A DNA stretch of 36,668 nucleotides, taken from positions 1 through 36,668 of the IMG/VR virus record IMGVR_UViG_3300036945_000039. The stretch is one strand, 5' to 3'. This DNA is from a virus. Its lineage: Duplodnaviria > Caudoviricetes. The position numbers and the translations under genes were made by a program. Positions 34,799-36,668 of the stretch are shown here, piece after piece; position 1 is the first letter of the stretch, and every line of letters starts with the position of its first letter. The notes under the pieces were generated by a model. The model saw only the letters and a list, made by a program, of their open reading frames with translations, did no database searches and had not been told where the DNA came from.

Positions 34799-36439
34799 AT
34801 GGATTCACGTGCGCAAGACATAATCCGCCAGCACAGCCAGATGGAAGGTGAGCGTGGCACATGGGAAAATCATTGGAAAGAGATTGCTGAGCGTATCCTG
34901 CCAAGACAGGACTGGTTTCAAGCGTCTAATAAAACCCAAGGCGATAAGCGCACTGAGAAGATGTTTGATGCTACGGCATCATTAGCGCTTGAGAGATTTG
35001 CTGCTGCAATGGAGAGCATGTTAACTCCACGTACTCAGCACTGGCACAAGCTAAAGGTCACAGATTCATACCTATCAAAGAACAAGCAGGTCAATCAGTA
35101 CCTAGATGAAGTAACGCAGATTCTTTTCCAAGTTCGTTACAGCCCTAAAGCCAACTTTGCCAGCCAAGCGCATGAAGCATACATGTCATTGGGTGCATTT
35201 GGTACAGGTGCATTGTTCGTTGATGACATCATTGGTAAGGGTATCCGATACAAGTCTATCCATCTTAGCGAGATTTACTTTGCTGAGAATCATAATGGCG
35301 TTATTGACAAGGTGCATCGCAAGTTTGAGATGACAGCACGTCAAGCAGCTCAGAAGTGGGGTGCTGATAACCTGCCAGAGAAGATGAAGTCAATGCTGGA
35401 AGTAAATCCAGAAGCTACATTTGAGTTTATTCATTGCGTAAAACCTAACGAAGAGCGCATGAATGGTCGCAAAGACTATCGTGGCATGCCTTATTCCTCA
35501 TACTACTTGTCTATTGAAGGCTTAAAAGTGATGAGCGAAGGCGGTTACCAGTCATTCCCTTACGCTGTAAGTAGATATGTGACCAGCCCTAAAGAGATTT
35601 ATGGTCGTTCGCCAGCTATGTTGGTATTGCCAGACATCAAGATGATTAACGAGATGTCAAAGACAGTGCTACGTGCTGCTCATAAAGCCGTAGACCCACC
35701 TTTATTGTTGCAAGAAGACGGTGTTCTTCAGGCTTTCAATGCTAGACCAAGCGCATTAAACTTTGGCGGCATCAATGAGCGTGGCGAACAGATGGTCAGA
35801 CCATTGGAAACTGGTGCGAACGTCAATCTAGGTTTAGATATGATGGAGCAGCGCCGTAAGGTTATCAATGATGCGTTCTTGATTACTCTATTCCAGATTC
35901 TTGTAGATGCTCCTACCATGACAGCTACTGAAGCCATGTTACGTGCGCAAGAGAAGGGTGCTTTGCTTGCTCCGACAATGGGTCGTCAGCAGTCAGAGAT
36001 GCTAGGACCAATGATTGAGCGTGAATTAGACATTCTTGCACGTGCTGGCGTATTGCCAGAGATGCCAGATGAGCTAAAAGAAGCCCAAGGTGAAGTGCAA
36101 ATTGAGTATATTTCCCCATTAAACCGTGCGCAGAGAGCTGAAGATGGCGTTGCTATCCTAAGAACACTTGAATCGGTGACTGGTTTAGCTCAGTTTGACC
36201 CAGATGTATTGATGGTATTTGACAGCAAGAAGATTGCACGTGAATTGGCTGACATCAATGGCGTACCTGCTAAGGTATTGCGCAGCGAAGAAGAGATTGC
36301 GTTCATGAAAGACCAGCAAGCGCAGCAGCAGCAGTTGGCTCAGTTGTTAGAAGCAGCTCCAGTAGTTGCTAACTCAGCTAAGACTTTGACTGAAACTGCC
36401 GCACTAGCTGGAAATCAACCTAGTCCATTACCTATTTAA
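34799..36439 (+). CDS. Portal protein (T7 gp8/BPP-1-type head-tail connector)
   Basis: 546 aa; 'R..WE.HW.EIAE.ILP', 'LGAFGTG', 'E.YGRSPAM..LPDIK', 'MTATE...R..EK...L.P', 'IEYISPL..AQ'. Confidence 0.93.
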   Translation: MDSRAQDIIRQHSQMEGERGTWENHWKEIAERILPRQDWFQASNKTQGDKRTEKMFDATASLALERFAAAMESMLTPRTQHWHKLKVTDSYLSKNKQVNQYLDEVTQILFQVRYSPKANFASQAHEAYMSLGAFGTGALFVDDIIGKGIRYKSIHLSEIYFAENHNGVIDKVHRKFEMTARQAAQKWGADNLPEKMKSMLEVNPEATFEFIHCVKPNEERMNGRKDYRGMPYSSYYLSIEGLKVMSEGGYQSFPYAVSRYVTSPKEIYGRSPAMLVLPDIKMINEMSKTVLRAAHKAVDPPLLLQEDGVLQAFNARPSALNFGGINERGEQMVRPLETGANVNLGLDMMEQRRKVINDAFLITLFQILVDAPTMTATEAMLRAQEKGALLAPTMGRQQSEMLGPMIERELDILARAGVLPEMPDELKEAQGEVQIEYISPLNRAQRAEDGVAILRTLESVTGLAQFDPDVLMVFDSKKIARELADINGVPAKVLRSEEEIAFMKDQQAQQQQLAQLLEAAPVVANSAKTLTETAALAGNQPSPLPI

Positions 36440-36668
36440 TGCAAAAACTACTAGCTAAGATAAGACAAAGAAAATACGCCTACCGTCGTTTGTTCCTCAC
36501 TGATGACGGTAGTTTGAATCCAGATGGCGAGAAGGTCATTTCGGATTTAAAAAAGTTCTGTAGGGCTAACGCATCAACAGCGATAGTTAGTCCAATCAGA
36601 GGCGCAATAGACCCAATAGCTATGGCAATGGCTGAAGGGCGACGAGAAGTATTCTTGCGCATCATGGC
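36439..36668 (+). CDS. Small post-portal protein (BPP-1 Bbp19-like), 5' part; continues across the join to 188 (96 aa)
   Basis: ATG overlaps the portal stop (TAATG). Reads MQKLLAKIRQRKYAYRRLF...DGEKVISDLKKFC...AMAEGRREVFLRIMAHL. The 'V..DL..FC' and 'EGRR.V.L.I' pattern and the position between portal and scaffold are typical of this family. Confidence 0.75.
   Translation, partial: MQKLLAKIRQRKYAYRRLFLTDDGSLNPDGEKVISDLKKFCRANASTAIVSPIRGAIDPIAMAMAEGRREVFLRIM
36542..36668. repeat. Terminal direct repeat, copy 2
   Basis: Identical to 1-127. Confidence 0.95.

Overview
The window is almost certainly one complete, circularly assembled dsDNA phage genome of 36,541 bp: bases 1-127 are identical to 36542-36668, and a gene runs across the join. 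The virion module is podovirus-like (T7/BPP-1/epsilon15-style): terminase, portal, scaffold, major capsid, tail tubular A and B, three ejection proteins including a 2649-aa polyvalent protein, and a T7-type tail fibre. Early and replication genes are lambdoid-style: a divergent promoter region, a Cro-like HTH, a YdaU/DUF1376 initiator, a DnaB-type helicase, and Sak3 + YqaJ exonuclease + SSB. I found no integrase, CI-type repressor, DNA/RNA polymerase, reverse transcriptase, tRNA or CRISPR, so it looks lytic and dependent on host polymerases, probably in a Gram-negative host (inference). Main points of interest: (1) an uncharacterised exported/membrane cassette in the lysis region, with a Cys-rich exported protein overlapping a NIDO-like Cys-repeat protein; (2) an unannotated early gene for a secreted 24-aa four-cysteine peptide, coupled to three tiny membrane proteins and a stand-alone sigma70-region-4 HTH; (3) two tandem ART-like cassettes bounded by a YQ motif next to an HExxH site in the ejection protein; (4) three tip-protein + small-partner gene pairs after the tail fibre; (5) two structured RNAs (a capsid-gene leader and a C4-like antisense element); (6) apparent genome-wide absence of several palindromic restriction sites. 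All family assignments are motif recognition by eye, not database searches.
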